Assembly (NCBI GenBank): GCA_913061235.1
Contig: CAJXTB010000025.1
Location: 1 to 64,000 of the forward strand
DNA length: 64,000 nt
Direction: 5' to 3'
DNA from: an uncultured Pseudomonadota bacterium
Lineage (GTDB): Bacteria; Myxococcota_A; UBA796; GCA-2862545
The notes beneath the pieces are model-generated. The model saw only the letters and a program-made list of their open reading frames with translations. It did no database searches and was not told the origin of the DNA. Made by a program: the position numbers and the translations under genes. Positions 55,062 to 64,000 of this stretch are shown in pieces (positions within the stretch are counted from its first letter, which is position 1; each line of letters starts with the position of its first letter).

Positions 55062-56598
55062 TCGGTCGCTTTCCTAGCCAAGACACGCCGGTCAGATCGG
55101 TCCGTCGGTCCAGCCAGTTGTGGACAGTGCCCTCGGTCCGCTGGCGTCGTCCCATCTCCAAGTCGACCTCGTGGATGAGGATGGTTTCGTGGTTTGGCGG
55201 GGCCTCCATCGCGATTCCGTCCATCGGGAACTGAACGTCTGACGGGGTGTAGATGCCGCTCTGGGCAAAGTGAACGTCGGCGTTCTTCACATGCGACAGG
55301 TTGCCCACGCAGCCGGCGGTCATGACGAACAGATGGTTCTCAATGGCTCGTGCCCGGCAGCAGGTGCGGACGCGCACATGGCCGTAGCGGTCGGTGGTGT
55401 TGTAGGGCACGAGCAGCAGCCGTGCTCCCCACTCGGTGAGCAGTCGCGGCAGCTCTGGAAACTCGCTGTCGTAGCAGATGAGCACGCCAACGCGGCCCAC
55501 GTCCATGTCGAAGGTCTGCAGCGAGTCGCCACCCTGAACGCCCCACCAGCGGGACTCGTCTGGGGTGATGTGTAGCTTGGCCTGTGTCTCAAGACGGCCA
55601 TCTCGGTGACAGATGGGGGCAATGTTCATCAGGTTGCCGTCGTCTGTCATCACCAGCGTGGAGCCGCCAACAATGTTGACGTTGCAGCGCATGGCCTCGC
55701 GTCGCAGCAGGTCGAAGACACGGTCGCTGAACTGGGCGAGGGCACGGGCCCCCTCTGCTGGGCTGGAGACATCTCCGACCAGGGCGAGGAGAACCAGGGT
55801 GAACAGCTCCGGGAACAGCAGGATGTCCGCGCGACGGTCCGCGGCTACGTCAACGGCAAACACGACCCGTTGTTCGAAGTCTTCCCAGCTGGTGACACGG
55901 TTCATCTGCCACTGGACAAAGCCAAGGCGAACCCGCTGCACAGCACGTCTGCGACGGCGCTTGGAGCGGTTGGGCACGTAGTCGAGGTTCGGCCAGATCA
56001 GGCTCGTGGCGTAGCCCACGCTGTCTTCGTCATCAGGCAGGTAGCCGGGGATGAGCGCATCTAGGACGAATCCGTTGGCGATTTGAGAGGTAAGCACCGG
56101 GTCTTTAAGCGCCTGGTTGACGACGTTGTCGACGTACTCGGCGGCGGTCATGGTCTCTTTGTGCACGCCGTAGCCGGGGATGCGTCCACCAACGGCCATC
56201 CGGCGTAGGTTGAGACGACGCACGAGGTCTTTGCGCGCCTCGTACAGGCGTCGCGACAGTCGCTGGCCCCGCATCTTGGGATGCACCTGCATCTCGATTC
56301 CGTAGAGCGTGTCGCCGTCCGGGTCGTGGTTGGTGATGCGGCCGTCGTCTGTCAGGGTGCGCCAGTCATGCCAGTCTTCGTAGTCGTCATCGTCCAAGAT
56401 GAGAGAGGAAGACGATGCAACGAGCTCGCCGTCGAGCTCAATGCCGATCTGTCCTCTTGGAAAGGTCTTGATCTGGCTGGTGAACTCGGAACGAGTCCAC
56501 GGATCGCCGGTCGGAAAGCAGACCAACTGCATGGCTACAACAGCTTCAAAGTCAGCCACTGTGAGTGGACGTAGAATCAGCCGGGCATCGTCAGACAT
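55048..56598 (-). CDS. bifunctional GNAT N-acetyltransferase / carbon-nitrogen hydrolase (nitrilase-superfamily) fusion protein
   Basis: N-terminal GNAT region (LRPLTVADFEAVVAMQ...). C-terminal CN-hydrolase with ILLFPELF (Glu) and GVLICYDSEFPE (Cys). Start is ambiguous: 56598 (MSDDARL) versus 56697. Confidence 0.7.
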   Translation of the reverse strand: MSDDARLILRPLTVADFEAVVAMQLVCFPTGDPWTRSEFTSQIKTFPRGQIGIELDGELVASSSSLILDDDDYEDWHDWRTLTDDGRITNHDPDGDTLYGIEMQVHPKMRGQRLSRRLYEARKDLVRRLNLRRMAVGGRIPGYGVHKETMTAAEYVDNVVNQALKDPVLTSQIANGFVLDALIPGYLPDDEDSVGYATSLIWPNLDYVPNRSKRRRRRAVQRVRLGFVQWQMNRVTSWEDFEQRVVFAVDVAADRRADILLFPELFTLVLLALVGDVSSPAEGARALAQFSDRVFDLLRREAMRCNVNIVGGSTLVMTDDGNLMNIAPICHRDGRLETQAKLHITPDESRWWGVQGGDSLQTFDMDVGRVGVLICYDSEFPELPRLLTEWGARLLLVPYNTTDRYGHVRVRTCCRARAIENHLFVMTAGCVGNLSHVKNADVHFAQSGIYTPSDVQFPMDGIAMEAPPNHETILIHEVDLEMGRRQRTEGTVHNWLDRRTDLTGVSWLGKRPTTDS

Positions 56599-56907
56599 CA
56601 GCCGCTTCAAAAGCGAGGGTCGAGGGGCGCCCACGTAGCGCATCGTTCGCCACGTTGTAAGGGGTGTGTGGGCGGATTTATCAACTTCGGTATTCATGGC
56701 GTTGAGGGCCGGTCAATCCACAGTCCCGGCAGGGGTCACCGGTTGTGGGGCCACCCATCACCAGTCCGGGTACCAATCGCGCGCAAGTGATTCGACCAAC
56801 GTGTGCTACGGTCAACTCACGGCGTCGCTGGCGCAATTTCAGACGAACGACGCTCGAGTGGTGCGGCTTCGTCATGGGTCAGCGCGCGTCCTTGGGGAGT
56901 TGTACGA

Positions 56908-57657
<750 letters not shown>

Positions 57658-57749
57658 CAGGCCTTGGCGGATTGACGGGAGCGCCTGTCGCACCCAGTCC
57701 GCCAGCAAGTACCGTAGCCGTCATTGTTGGTGCACAGCAGTGCGCTCAT

Positions 57750-58298
57750 CTACGACTCTGAGGGCCAGGGAACTCGCGCGAGCTCCAGCGTATGCGACTC
57801 GCCGTCGACCTCGATGTACAGCACGCCCTCGGTCCGAGTGAGCGACCAGGTGTTTCGGCGCTCAAGGCCCTTGGCTAGGGTCTGAATCGCCTTTCTCGGC
57901 AGGGTGTACAGTGCGATCTCGTCGGACTTGTAGACGCTCTCTGAAGCCAAGCGTGACAGCCAAGCTGTGGGTTCGGTATGGCAGTAGACAACCACGTTGT
58001 CGGCGGCTTTGCTGGCCTTGTGTAGGCGGCCCGGCTCGGGCGTTCCAACGTCGACCCAGGTGACCAGTGCGCCCGTCAGGTCACGCACCCACAATGGGGG
58101 TTCGTCACCGTTGGCGAGGCCGGCGGTAAAGACCAATCCCTCGGTCAACTCCAGTGCGTAGGCGATGACCCGGGTGATGAAGTAGGGACCGGTCTCCGAC
58201 GGGTGTTTCGCGAGCTTGAGCTCCACCGTTTCGTAGACACCGCGGTCGATGTCTGCGAGTTCAATGGTTAGCGCGATTACGGTTGAGCTAATTGCCAT
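57750..58298 (-). CDS. yaeQ: YaeQ family protein
   Basis: MAISSTVIALTIELADIDRGVYETVELKLAKHPSETGPYFITRVIAYAL closely follows the YaeQ N-terminal consensus. 182 aa. Confidence 0.8.
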   Translation of the reverse strand: MAISSTVIALTIELADIDRGVYETVELKLAKHPSETGPYFITRVIAYALELTEGLVFTAGLANGDEPPLWVRDLTGALVTWVDVGTPEPGRLHKASKAADNVVVYCHTEPTAWLSRLASESVYKSDEIALYTLPRKAIQTLAKGLERRNTWSLTRTEGVLYIEVDGESHTLELARVPWPSES

Positions 58299-58299
58299 A

Positions 58300-58680
58300 T
58301 CAGGGCCTTGGGACGTGCTGGTCGATCAGGATAGCGTTTCCATCGGGGTCGACAAGGCTGAAGCTGGCAGGCCCCTCGCCATCCGCCGGCGCTTCGGTAG
58401 TCAGGGCAATGCCTTTTGCCTTGAGGTCCGCCTGCAAGTCACGGACGTCCGTAAAGCCGTCCACCGCTTTGGCATCGTGCGACCAGCCCGGGTTGAACGT
58501 GAGGATATTCCCCTGGAACATGCCCTGGAATAGGCCGATTGTCGTTGTTCCATTCTGTAGGATGAGGTAGCCCATTGCGGCGTCCCCACCCATGCTTTTA
58601 AAACCGAGCGCTTCGTAGAAGACCTTTGACGCATCCAGGTCTTTGACGGCCAGACTGACTGAGAAGGTACCGAGCTGCAT
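58300..58680 (-). CDS. VOC (glyoxalase/bleomycin-resistance) family protein
   Basis: 126 aa. [22 protein letters not shown]...[14 protein letters not shown] beta-alpha-beta(3) paired motifs. Confidence 0.75.
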   Translation of the reverse strand: MQLGTFSVSLAVKDLDASKVFYEALGFKSMGGDAAMGYLILQNGTTTIGLFQGMFQGNILTFNPGWSHDAKAVDGFTDVRDLQADLKAKGIALTTEAPADGEGPASFSLVDPDGNAILIDQHVPRP

Positions 58681-58709
58681 GAGGGGCTCCTTGGTGTGGG
58701 TGACTGGGA

Positions 58710-59732
58710 CTATTGGGAAGCCACACTACGCCAGGCCCGGAACGCGACCAGAGTGCGCTCGATACCTGCATCATCAACGTCCAAATGGGTCACCAAGCGC
58801 ATCTGCGAAGGTCCGGTTGCAAAGGCTAGGACTCCGTGTGTCGCCAAGAAATCCTGCGCCTGTGCTGCCTTGGGAACATCCACGTAGACCAAATTCGTCT
58901 GCGGTGTGCGAACGGTGTAGCCTTCGACCATTAGGCCCATAGCGAGGGTTCTGGCTCGTTTGTGGTCGTCTGCCAGGCGTTCGACGTGATGGTCTAGAGC
59001 GTGCAGTGCGGCTGCGGCAAGAAGTCCGGCTTGGCGCATGCCGCCGCCGAGCATCTTTCTCACCCGTCGGCCGCGTGCGATGAGCTCGTGTGAGCCACAC
59101 AGAGCCGAGCCTACGGGAGCACCGAGACCCTTGGAGAAGCAGATGCTGACGGTGTCAAAGCGCCCCACTCGGTTGGCGAGCAGCTCGCCTGCTGCAACAG
59201 CAGCGTTGTAGGCTCTGGCGCCATCGAGGTGGGTAGCGAGGTTGTTCGCCTTGGCGGCAGCGACCAAAGCGGCGAGCAGAGCGTCGTCATGGACCGTTCC
59301 GCCGCCCTTGTTGGACGTATCTTCTACGCACAGCAGCGATGCCGGTGCGTGGTGAACGTCTGGTTTACGTACGCCCAAAGCTACGGCTTCGGCCGACATT
59401 TGGCCGTTGGTTGTCGGCAGTAGGCGGGTTTGAACACCGCTGATCATCGCCGCTCCCCCCGCTTCGTAGTGGTAGGGGTGTGCGGTGTCCGCCATCAGGA
59501 CTTCGTCGCCTGGACGCGTGTGAAGGGCAATGGCAATCTGGTTGGCCATAGTGCCAGAAGGCGTGAACAACGCCGCTTGTTGGCCGGTCTCAGCGGCGAT
59601 TCGTGCTTCGAGTGCCAAGACTGTGGGGTCGTCTCCAAGGACATCGTCCCCCAATGGAGCGGCGAACATGGCGGTCTTCATTGCGGGTGTGGGTCGGGTG
59701 ACCGTGTCGCTGCGTAGGTCGACGGGACTCAT
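58710..59732 (-). CDS. ltaE: low-specificity L-threonine aldolase (PLP-dependent)
   Basis: [35 protein letters not shown]...TMANQIA...[12 protein letters not shown] (PLP Lys)...[13 protein letters not shown]. Collinear with E. coli LtaE. Confidence 0.85.
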   Translation of the reverse strand: MSPVDLRSDTVTRPTPAMKTAMFAAPLGDDVLGDDPTVLALEARIAAETGQQAALFTPSGTMANQIAIALHTRPGDEVLMADTAHPYHYEAGGAAMISGVQTRLLPTTNGQMSAEAVALGVRKPDVHHAPASLLCVEDTSNKGGGTVHDDALLAALVAAAKANNLATHLDGARAYNAAVAAGELLANRVGRFDTVSICFSKGLGAPVGSALCGSHELIARGRRVRKMLGGGMRQAGLLAAAALHALDHHVERLADDHKRARTLAMGLMVEGYTVRTPQTNLVYVDVPKAAQAQDFLATHGVLAFATGPSQMRLVTHLDVDDAGIERTLVAFRAWRSVASQ

Positions 59733-61354
59733 GACGGCACCACCAGGGCGGGCAAGTACTCGGGTGGCGGTTCAAGTCCGCACAGAGCAAGAATAGTGGC
59801 GCCAATACTGGCAATACCGCGGTCGCCTTCTGGGTCTACAGTCACCGCTCCCGTTGGGTCAATGACGATGAACGGCACGGCGTTGAGCGTGTGGCTGGTC
59901 TTGGGCGACGGCTTGCCGGATGCGTCCAGGACCACCTTGCCCTTCTTGCGGGTGTACATCTCTTCGCAGTTGCCGTGGTCGGCTGTCACAAGCAGGATGG
60001 CTCCGGCCTTCTTGGCGGCCTTTTCTAGTCGTGCGAGCTGCTGGTCGAGCGCGGTCAGCGAGACCCGAACAGCGTCGAGGTTGCCCGTGTGTCCAACCAT
60101 GTCGCCGTTGGCGAAGTTCAGGCGAATGTGGTCGTAGCCTTCGGAGAGGGCGGCGATAGCGGCCTCAGCAATCTCCGCGCACTTCATCCATGGGCGCTCG
60201 TCAAACGACACATTGTCCGAGGGTACTTCCAGATACGTCTCGAGCTCATCGTCGAGCTTGCCCGAGCGATTGCCGTTGAAGAAGAAGGTGACGTGACCGA
60301 ACTTCTGCGTCTCTGAACAGGCGAATGTTCGCTTGCCAGCCGCAACCAAGTACTCGCCCACAACCTTGTCAATGCTCGGTGGTTGAACCAGATAGGTCTT
60401 TGGAATGTGGGCGTCGCCGTCGTACTCCATCATTCCGGCGTAGGTCACGTCAGGGACTGTGCCACGGTCGAAGGTGTCGAGGTCGGCCTCTTCGAAGGCG
60501 CGGGAGATCTCGATGGAGCGGTCGCCGCGGAAGTTGAAGAAGAGCACGCTGTCGCCGTCTTCAATGCGTCCGCAGGGTTCACCTTGGCGGGTGATGACGA
60601 AGCCTGGCAGGTACTGGTCGTCCACCTCTGGGTCGGCTTTGTACAGCGCCTCAATGGCGTCGACGGCACTGCCGAACTGCTGGCCAACGCCGTGAACATG
60701 GGTGTCCCAGCCGCGCTTGACCATCTGCCAGTCCGCTTCGTAGCGGTCCATGGTCATGAGCATGCGACCACCGCCCGACGCGATGGCGTAGTCGTGCTCG
60801 CCATCTGACAGCTCAGCGAGCTTGTCCTCAAGCGGCTTGACCCAGGTCAACGCTGTGCGAGGCCCAACGTCGCGGCCATCGGTGAGCACATGCACGCACA
60901 ACGAGGTCACGCCATCCGCATGGGCACGGTCGATGAGCGCGTTTAGGTGATCGATATGGCTGTGAACATTCCCGTCGCTGACCAGGCCGAGCAGGTGCAG
61001 GGTCTTTCCGGCAGTGAGCGCTTTCCATACGTCTGTCTCGAAGGCCGCACCACTCGCAATGGCGGCATCTACGAGCTTGGCGCCTTGGTCAAAGACGCGT
61101 CCGGCACCCATGGCGTTGTGACCGACCTCGCTGTTGCCCATGTCGTCGTCTGTGGGCAGGCCAACCGCAATGCCGTGCGCTCGGAGGGTTCGGTTTGGGT
61201 AGTCCGCTAGCCAACGGTTGAATGTTGGCATGATGGAGGTGTGCGGGCCGTCGTCTTCTTCGCCGAGACCTACACCAACGCCATCGAGAATACAAAGGAT
61301 GACAGGTGCATTTCGTGCGGAGATGCTTGAATGAGCAGGGAGCTGTGTGGCCAA
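59729..61354 (-). CDS. gpmI: 2,3-bisphosphoglycerate-independent phosphoglycerate mutase
   Basis: ILCILDGVGVG, MGNSEVGHNAMGAGR, TADHGN, and HTLNAVPF near the C-terminus. 541 aa. Confidence 0.9.
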   Translation of the reverse strand: MATQLPAHSSISARNAPVILCILDGVGVGLGEEDDGPHTSIMPTFNRWLADYPNRTLRAHGIAVGLPTDDDMGNSEVGHNAMGAGRVFDQGAKLVDAAIASGAAFETDVWKALTAGKTLHLLGLVSDGNVHSHIDHLNALIDRAHADGVTSLCVHVLTDGRDVGPRTALTWVKPLEDKLAELSDGEHDYAIASGGGRMLMTMDRYEADWQMVKRGWDTHVHGVGQQFGSAVDAIEALYKADPEVDDQYLPGFVITRQGEPCGRIEDGDSVLFFNFRGDRSIEISRAFEEADLDTFDRGTVPDVTYAGMMEYDGDAHIPKTYLVQPPSIDKVVGEYLVAAGKRTFACSETQKFGHVTFFFNGNRSGKLDDELETYLEVPSDNVSFDERPWMKCAEIAEAAIAALSEGYDHIRLNFANGDMVGHTGNLDAVRVSLTALDQQLARLEKAAKKAGAILLVTADHGNCEEMYTRKKGKVVLDASGKPSPKTSHTLNAVPFIVIDPTGAVTVDPEGDRGIASIGATILALCGLEPPPEYLPALVVPS

Positions 61355-61447
61355 CGGTCACCTCGGGGTTGCCTGGCGCATAACGCACAGCATCGGACGG
61401 GATACATCCAGTATCTGTGGAGATGAACGCTGACTCGACCTGCTGCC

Positions 61448-62089
61448 ATGACCCTCGCGCTGATGACGTTGCTGACGGCCTGTTCGTCTGCGCCGTCGCT
61501 GAGCCATGTGGCGCCAAATCATGTGGTTGCCGGCGACTCTATTCACGTCTGGGGAAACAAGCTGACCAGTCCGCTGCGCGTGGAGTTGGTGGGTGCCCAA
61601 GGGCGGTCCATTCCGATAGAGCGGGTGGGATTTCGGGGCGGCTCGCACGTTGCGGTGAGCATTCCAGCGGACTTACCCCCTGGGTTGTGGTCGGTTCGCG
61701 TACACGCAGATGACCTGTCCCTGCGCTTGACCGATGTTCTCACGGTGGACGAAGAGTCGGCACTCTCGGTGTGTGCGTCTGGCGTGGTCTCCAATACCCG
61801 CGTCTCTCTGCTTCAGAGGACGGCGCGCGTGGAGCGGTGGCGGGAGTCAAGCGGTGAAGAGGTCGCCACCCTGGACCTGTCACGCGTTCGTCATGTCGAG
61901 CTGGACGTGCCGGAGTCCGAAGAGCCCTGCGCCGTGGTGTGGCTGCGCCTCAACGACGGACGGCGTGAGCTGTTCGACCAGTCCACCACCCGTCCCATGC
62001 GGGCACGAGCGGCACGACTGGCCTCGGACATTGGCACGCCGCTTGTGAGCTTGCAGGGCTTGGACGTCTCTTCAGCAGACGCTGACTAG
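61448..62089 (+). CDS. hypothetical lipoprotein
   Basis: Lipobox MTLALMTLLTACSS. 213 aa. Confidence 0.5.
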   Translation: MTLALMTLLTACSSAPSLSHVAPNHVVAGDSIHVWGNKLTSPLRVELVGAQGRSIPIERVGFRGGSHVAVSIPADLPPGLWSVRVHADDLSLRLTDVLTVDEESALSVCASGVVSNTRVSLLQRTARVERWRESSGEEVATLDLSRVRHVELDVPESEEPCAVVWLRLNDGRRELFDQSTTRPMRARAARLASDIGTPLVSLQGLDVSSADAD

Positions 62090-62403
62090 AGTTCTCCCTG
62101 CACCGTTACGCATCGGCCGTCGTCGCAGTCGGCTGTGAGTGGTGCACAGCCCATCTCGGTGCATGCCGTACCTGGCGCACAGGACTCGGCGTAGGTCGCT
62201 TGCACGTCATCTGCCGCGTCTGCGCGTACAGCGACAGCGCGTCCACCGTTGCAGTGGTCACAGCATCCGAGCTCTAAAACCACGCATTCTTCGGCCGTCT
62301 CACAGGTCATCAATGTGGCTGGAACGGGAGTCGGCGGTTGGTTGTCAACCACCTCTGCTGGTCCACAGGCGGTGAGCATGGAGAAGAGTACAATGAATCG
62401 CAT
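62086..62403 (-). CDS. small Cys-rich lipoprotein
   Basis: MRFIVLFSMLTACGP signal. 12 Cys in about 85 mature residues (CETAEECVVLELGCCDHCNGG...). ORF extension to 62592 rejected. Confidence 0.45.
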   Translation of the reverse strand: MRFIVLFSMLTACGPAEVVDNQPPTPVPATLMTCETAEECVVLELGCCDHCNGGRAVAVRADAADDVQATYAESCAPGTACTEMGCAPLTADCDDGRCVTVQGEL

Positions 62404-62626
62404 TGGTTGTTCCTGGGCAGTAGCGAGATTGTAGCAAAAGCCGCTGCCGAAATCACCCTTGCTGAGCCCGGGTTGAAGAGGGGGTGCGGCTTCAACGGGC
62501 GAGGGGAGCGCTTGCGTCGTCCAACAGTGCTGGACCCAGTCCACCCAATCTGTAGACGGTTTGCAGCGGTTCCATCCGCCGATCTGCTGCACACACGGAC
62601 GTGGAAAAAGCGCTAGGGTCTACCGT

Positions 62627-63136
62627 ATGAAGCTCACTCGACGACATGTTCTGGCTGCTATGGCCGCTGTTCCCGTTGCAGGGGCTGTTGGGAGTGGAAC
62701 GCTTGCTCTGCGCTGGTACAACCGAAGCCCAGCGGACGGACGCATCTTGCTGTCGTCGGACGAGTACGACTTCATTCAAGCGCTGGCTGAAGCGTGGATG
62801 CCGCCTGGCGGTGTACCCGCACTCTCCGGTGCTGACGCGGACTTGGGTGCGTGGTTCGACGAGCTGCTCACGCACATGGCACCGAACCAACAGACCTTGC
62901 TCAAGCTGCTGATTCAGATTCTGGACGACGTCCCGCTGGTATCGGATGCCAGCACCTTCCGCGGGCTCGATTTACCGCGGCGAGTCGAGCTGCTCTCCGA
63001 GTGGCTAGACTCGTCGAATTCGTTGTTCCGTGGTGGTGTTTCCGGGGTGATTGTGCTGATTGGAATGGGGTGGACAACCCACCCGGATGTTGTAGCGGTC
63101 ATTGGACCTCGTTTTCGCTGTGGATGGTCCCGATGA
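62627..63136 (+). CDS. Tat-signal small subunit of the gluconate-2-dehydrogenase-subunit-3 family (partner of a GMC oxidoreductase)
   Basis: Twin-arginine motif MKLTRRHVLAAMAAVPVAGAVG. About 170 aa. Stop overlaps the start of the downstream GMC gene. Confidence 0.6.
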   Translation: MKLTRRHVLAAMAAVPVAGAVGSGTLALRWYNRSPADGRILLSSDEYDFIQALAEAWMPPGGVPALSGADADLGAWFDELLTHMAPNQQTLLKLLIQILDDVPLVSDASTFRGLDLPRRVELLSEWLDSSNSLFRGGVSGVIVLIGMGWTTHPDVVAVIGPRFRCGWSR

Positions 63137-64000
63137 GCCTGTTTGACCATCAAGATATTACGGTGGATACCGAGATTACGGCAGACGTCGTCATTGTTGG
63201 GACGGGACCTGGCGGGGCTGCTGCGGGTAGAGTGTTTGCAGAGGCCGGTCTGTCGGTGATTTGGTTGGAAGAAGGTCCAAAAGAGAGCCGTTTCCGTCCG
63301 AATCAAGCCAATGCCACGCGGTATCACTACCAAGAGGGCGGCACGATGATTGCCCAGGGCTCTACGCTGATGCCGGTCACTGCCGGGCGGGGAGTCGGAG
63401 GTGGCTCGCTGGTCAACAGTGCTCTTGCGTTTCGGGCGCCCGACTACGTGCTGCAAGAATGGGCAGACCTGCTAGACGATGACCGGTTCTCCCCCGAGAA
63501 TGCCGGGCTCATCTACGACGAAGTCAGCGCGATTATTGGGGTAGGCATCACCCGTGCGGACATTGGCGGAGAGAACAACGCGCTTATTGTCCGCGGTGCA
63601 GCAGCGCTTGGCTACGAGGGCGGCTGGGCGCCGCGGAACACGCCCGGATGTATCGGCTGCGGCTTGTGCAATACGGGCTGCTTGTCGGGTGGAAAGGGCA
63701 GCGTTGACCGGAACCTCATTGTGATGGCGCGAGCGGCGGGTGCCAAGGTCTACGCAGACACCAAGGTGGACCAAGTGCTCGTTGAAGACGGGCGTGCGGT
63801 CGGTCTGTCGGGTCAGGTCCACCACCCAGACACTGGTGAGCCCATCGCGCGTCTGACTGTGCGGGCCCCGAAGGTGATGATCAGCGCCGGTGCCATTGGC
63901 ACGCCACGACTGCTCTTCCATGCTGGCATTGCAGACCAACTTGGACCGGCGGTTGGCAAAGGGCTGCGCGTGCATCCAGGCAGTGCGGTTCTAGCCCTGT
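63133..64000 (+). CDS. GMC-family FAD-dependent oxidoreductase (5' partial, runs off the window)
   Basis: ATGA overlap. ADVVIVGTGPGGAAAGRVFAEAGLSVIWLEEG Rossmann GxGxxG. GGGSLVNSA. No stop before the window end. Confidence 0.8.
   Translation, partial: MSLFDHQDITVDTEITADVVIVGTGPGGAAAGRVFAEAGLSVIWLEEGPKESRFRPNQANATRYHYQEGGTMIAQGSTLMPVTAGRGVGGGSLVNSALAFRAPDYVLQEWADLLDDDRFSPENAGLIYDEVSAIIGVGITRADIGGENNALIVRGAAALGYEGGWAPRNTPGCIGCGLCNTGCLSGGKGSVDRNLIVMARAAGAKVYADTKVDQVLVEDGRAVGLSGQVHHPDTGEPIARLTVRAPKVMISAGAIGTPRLLFHAGIADQLGPAVGKGLRVHPGSAVLAL

Overview
This is a high-GC (~67%) chromosomal segment, almost certainly from a myxobacterium (Myxococcota). Two secreted enzymes end in MYXO-CTERM-like tails (Cys, then a hydrophobic stretch, then an Arg run). 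A large lipoprotein carries about 12 tandem MopE-type Cys-rich 'putative metal-binding' repeats. There is also a eukaryotic-like Ser/Thr kinase next to a gldA/gldF/gldG-like ABC trio, and many Cys-rich lipoproteins. About 56 protein-coding genes are supported, and most are envelope, secreted or metabolic. I found no rRNA, tRNA, CRISPR array, transposase, integrase or prophage signature.

Housekeeping genes I recognise are mdh, gpmI (iPGM), ltaE, pspA (IM30), a pirin, a LysR regulator, comF, tandem-Usp and yaeQ.

The loci most worth a second look are:
1. A translationally coupled pair of histidine/phenylalanine ammonia-lyase (MIO enzyme) paralogs, at 9461..12525. The first has Ser-Ser-Gly where the Ala-Ser-Gly MIO triad normally sits. 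The second has Thr-Ala-Gly, so the Ser that forms MIO is lost, and it also lacks the catalytic Tyr loop.
2. A minus-strand run of pspA, a small basic-tailed partner, two paralogous ~900-aa GT-C-fold membrane glycosyltransferases with His-rich periplasmic domains, and a thioredoxin-fold/octaheme (8x CxxCH) cytochrome c fusion, at 12548..20682.
3. A fibrinogen-related (FReD-like) C-terminal domain on the MopE-repeat lipoprotein, at 37678..38341.
4. An operon combining a GlpT-family transporter, an archaeal-type glycerol-1-phosphate-dehydrogenase (AraM/EgsA-like) homolog, a glutamine-synthetase-like enzyme, an aldehyde dehydrogenase and an Fe-alcohol dehydrogenase, under a divergent LysR regulator. 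This looks like a gamma-glutamylation-type amino-alcohol(-phosphate) catabolic module.
5. A 55-aa acidic protein with a strong RBS upstream of a large membrane regulator-like protein, with a perfect palindrome in the gap between them.

All calls are from reading the six-frame track and the DNA. No database searches were run.
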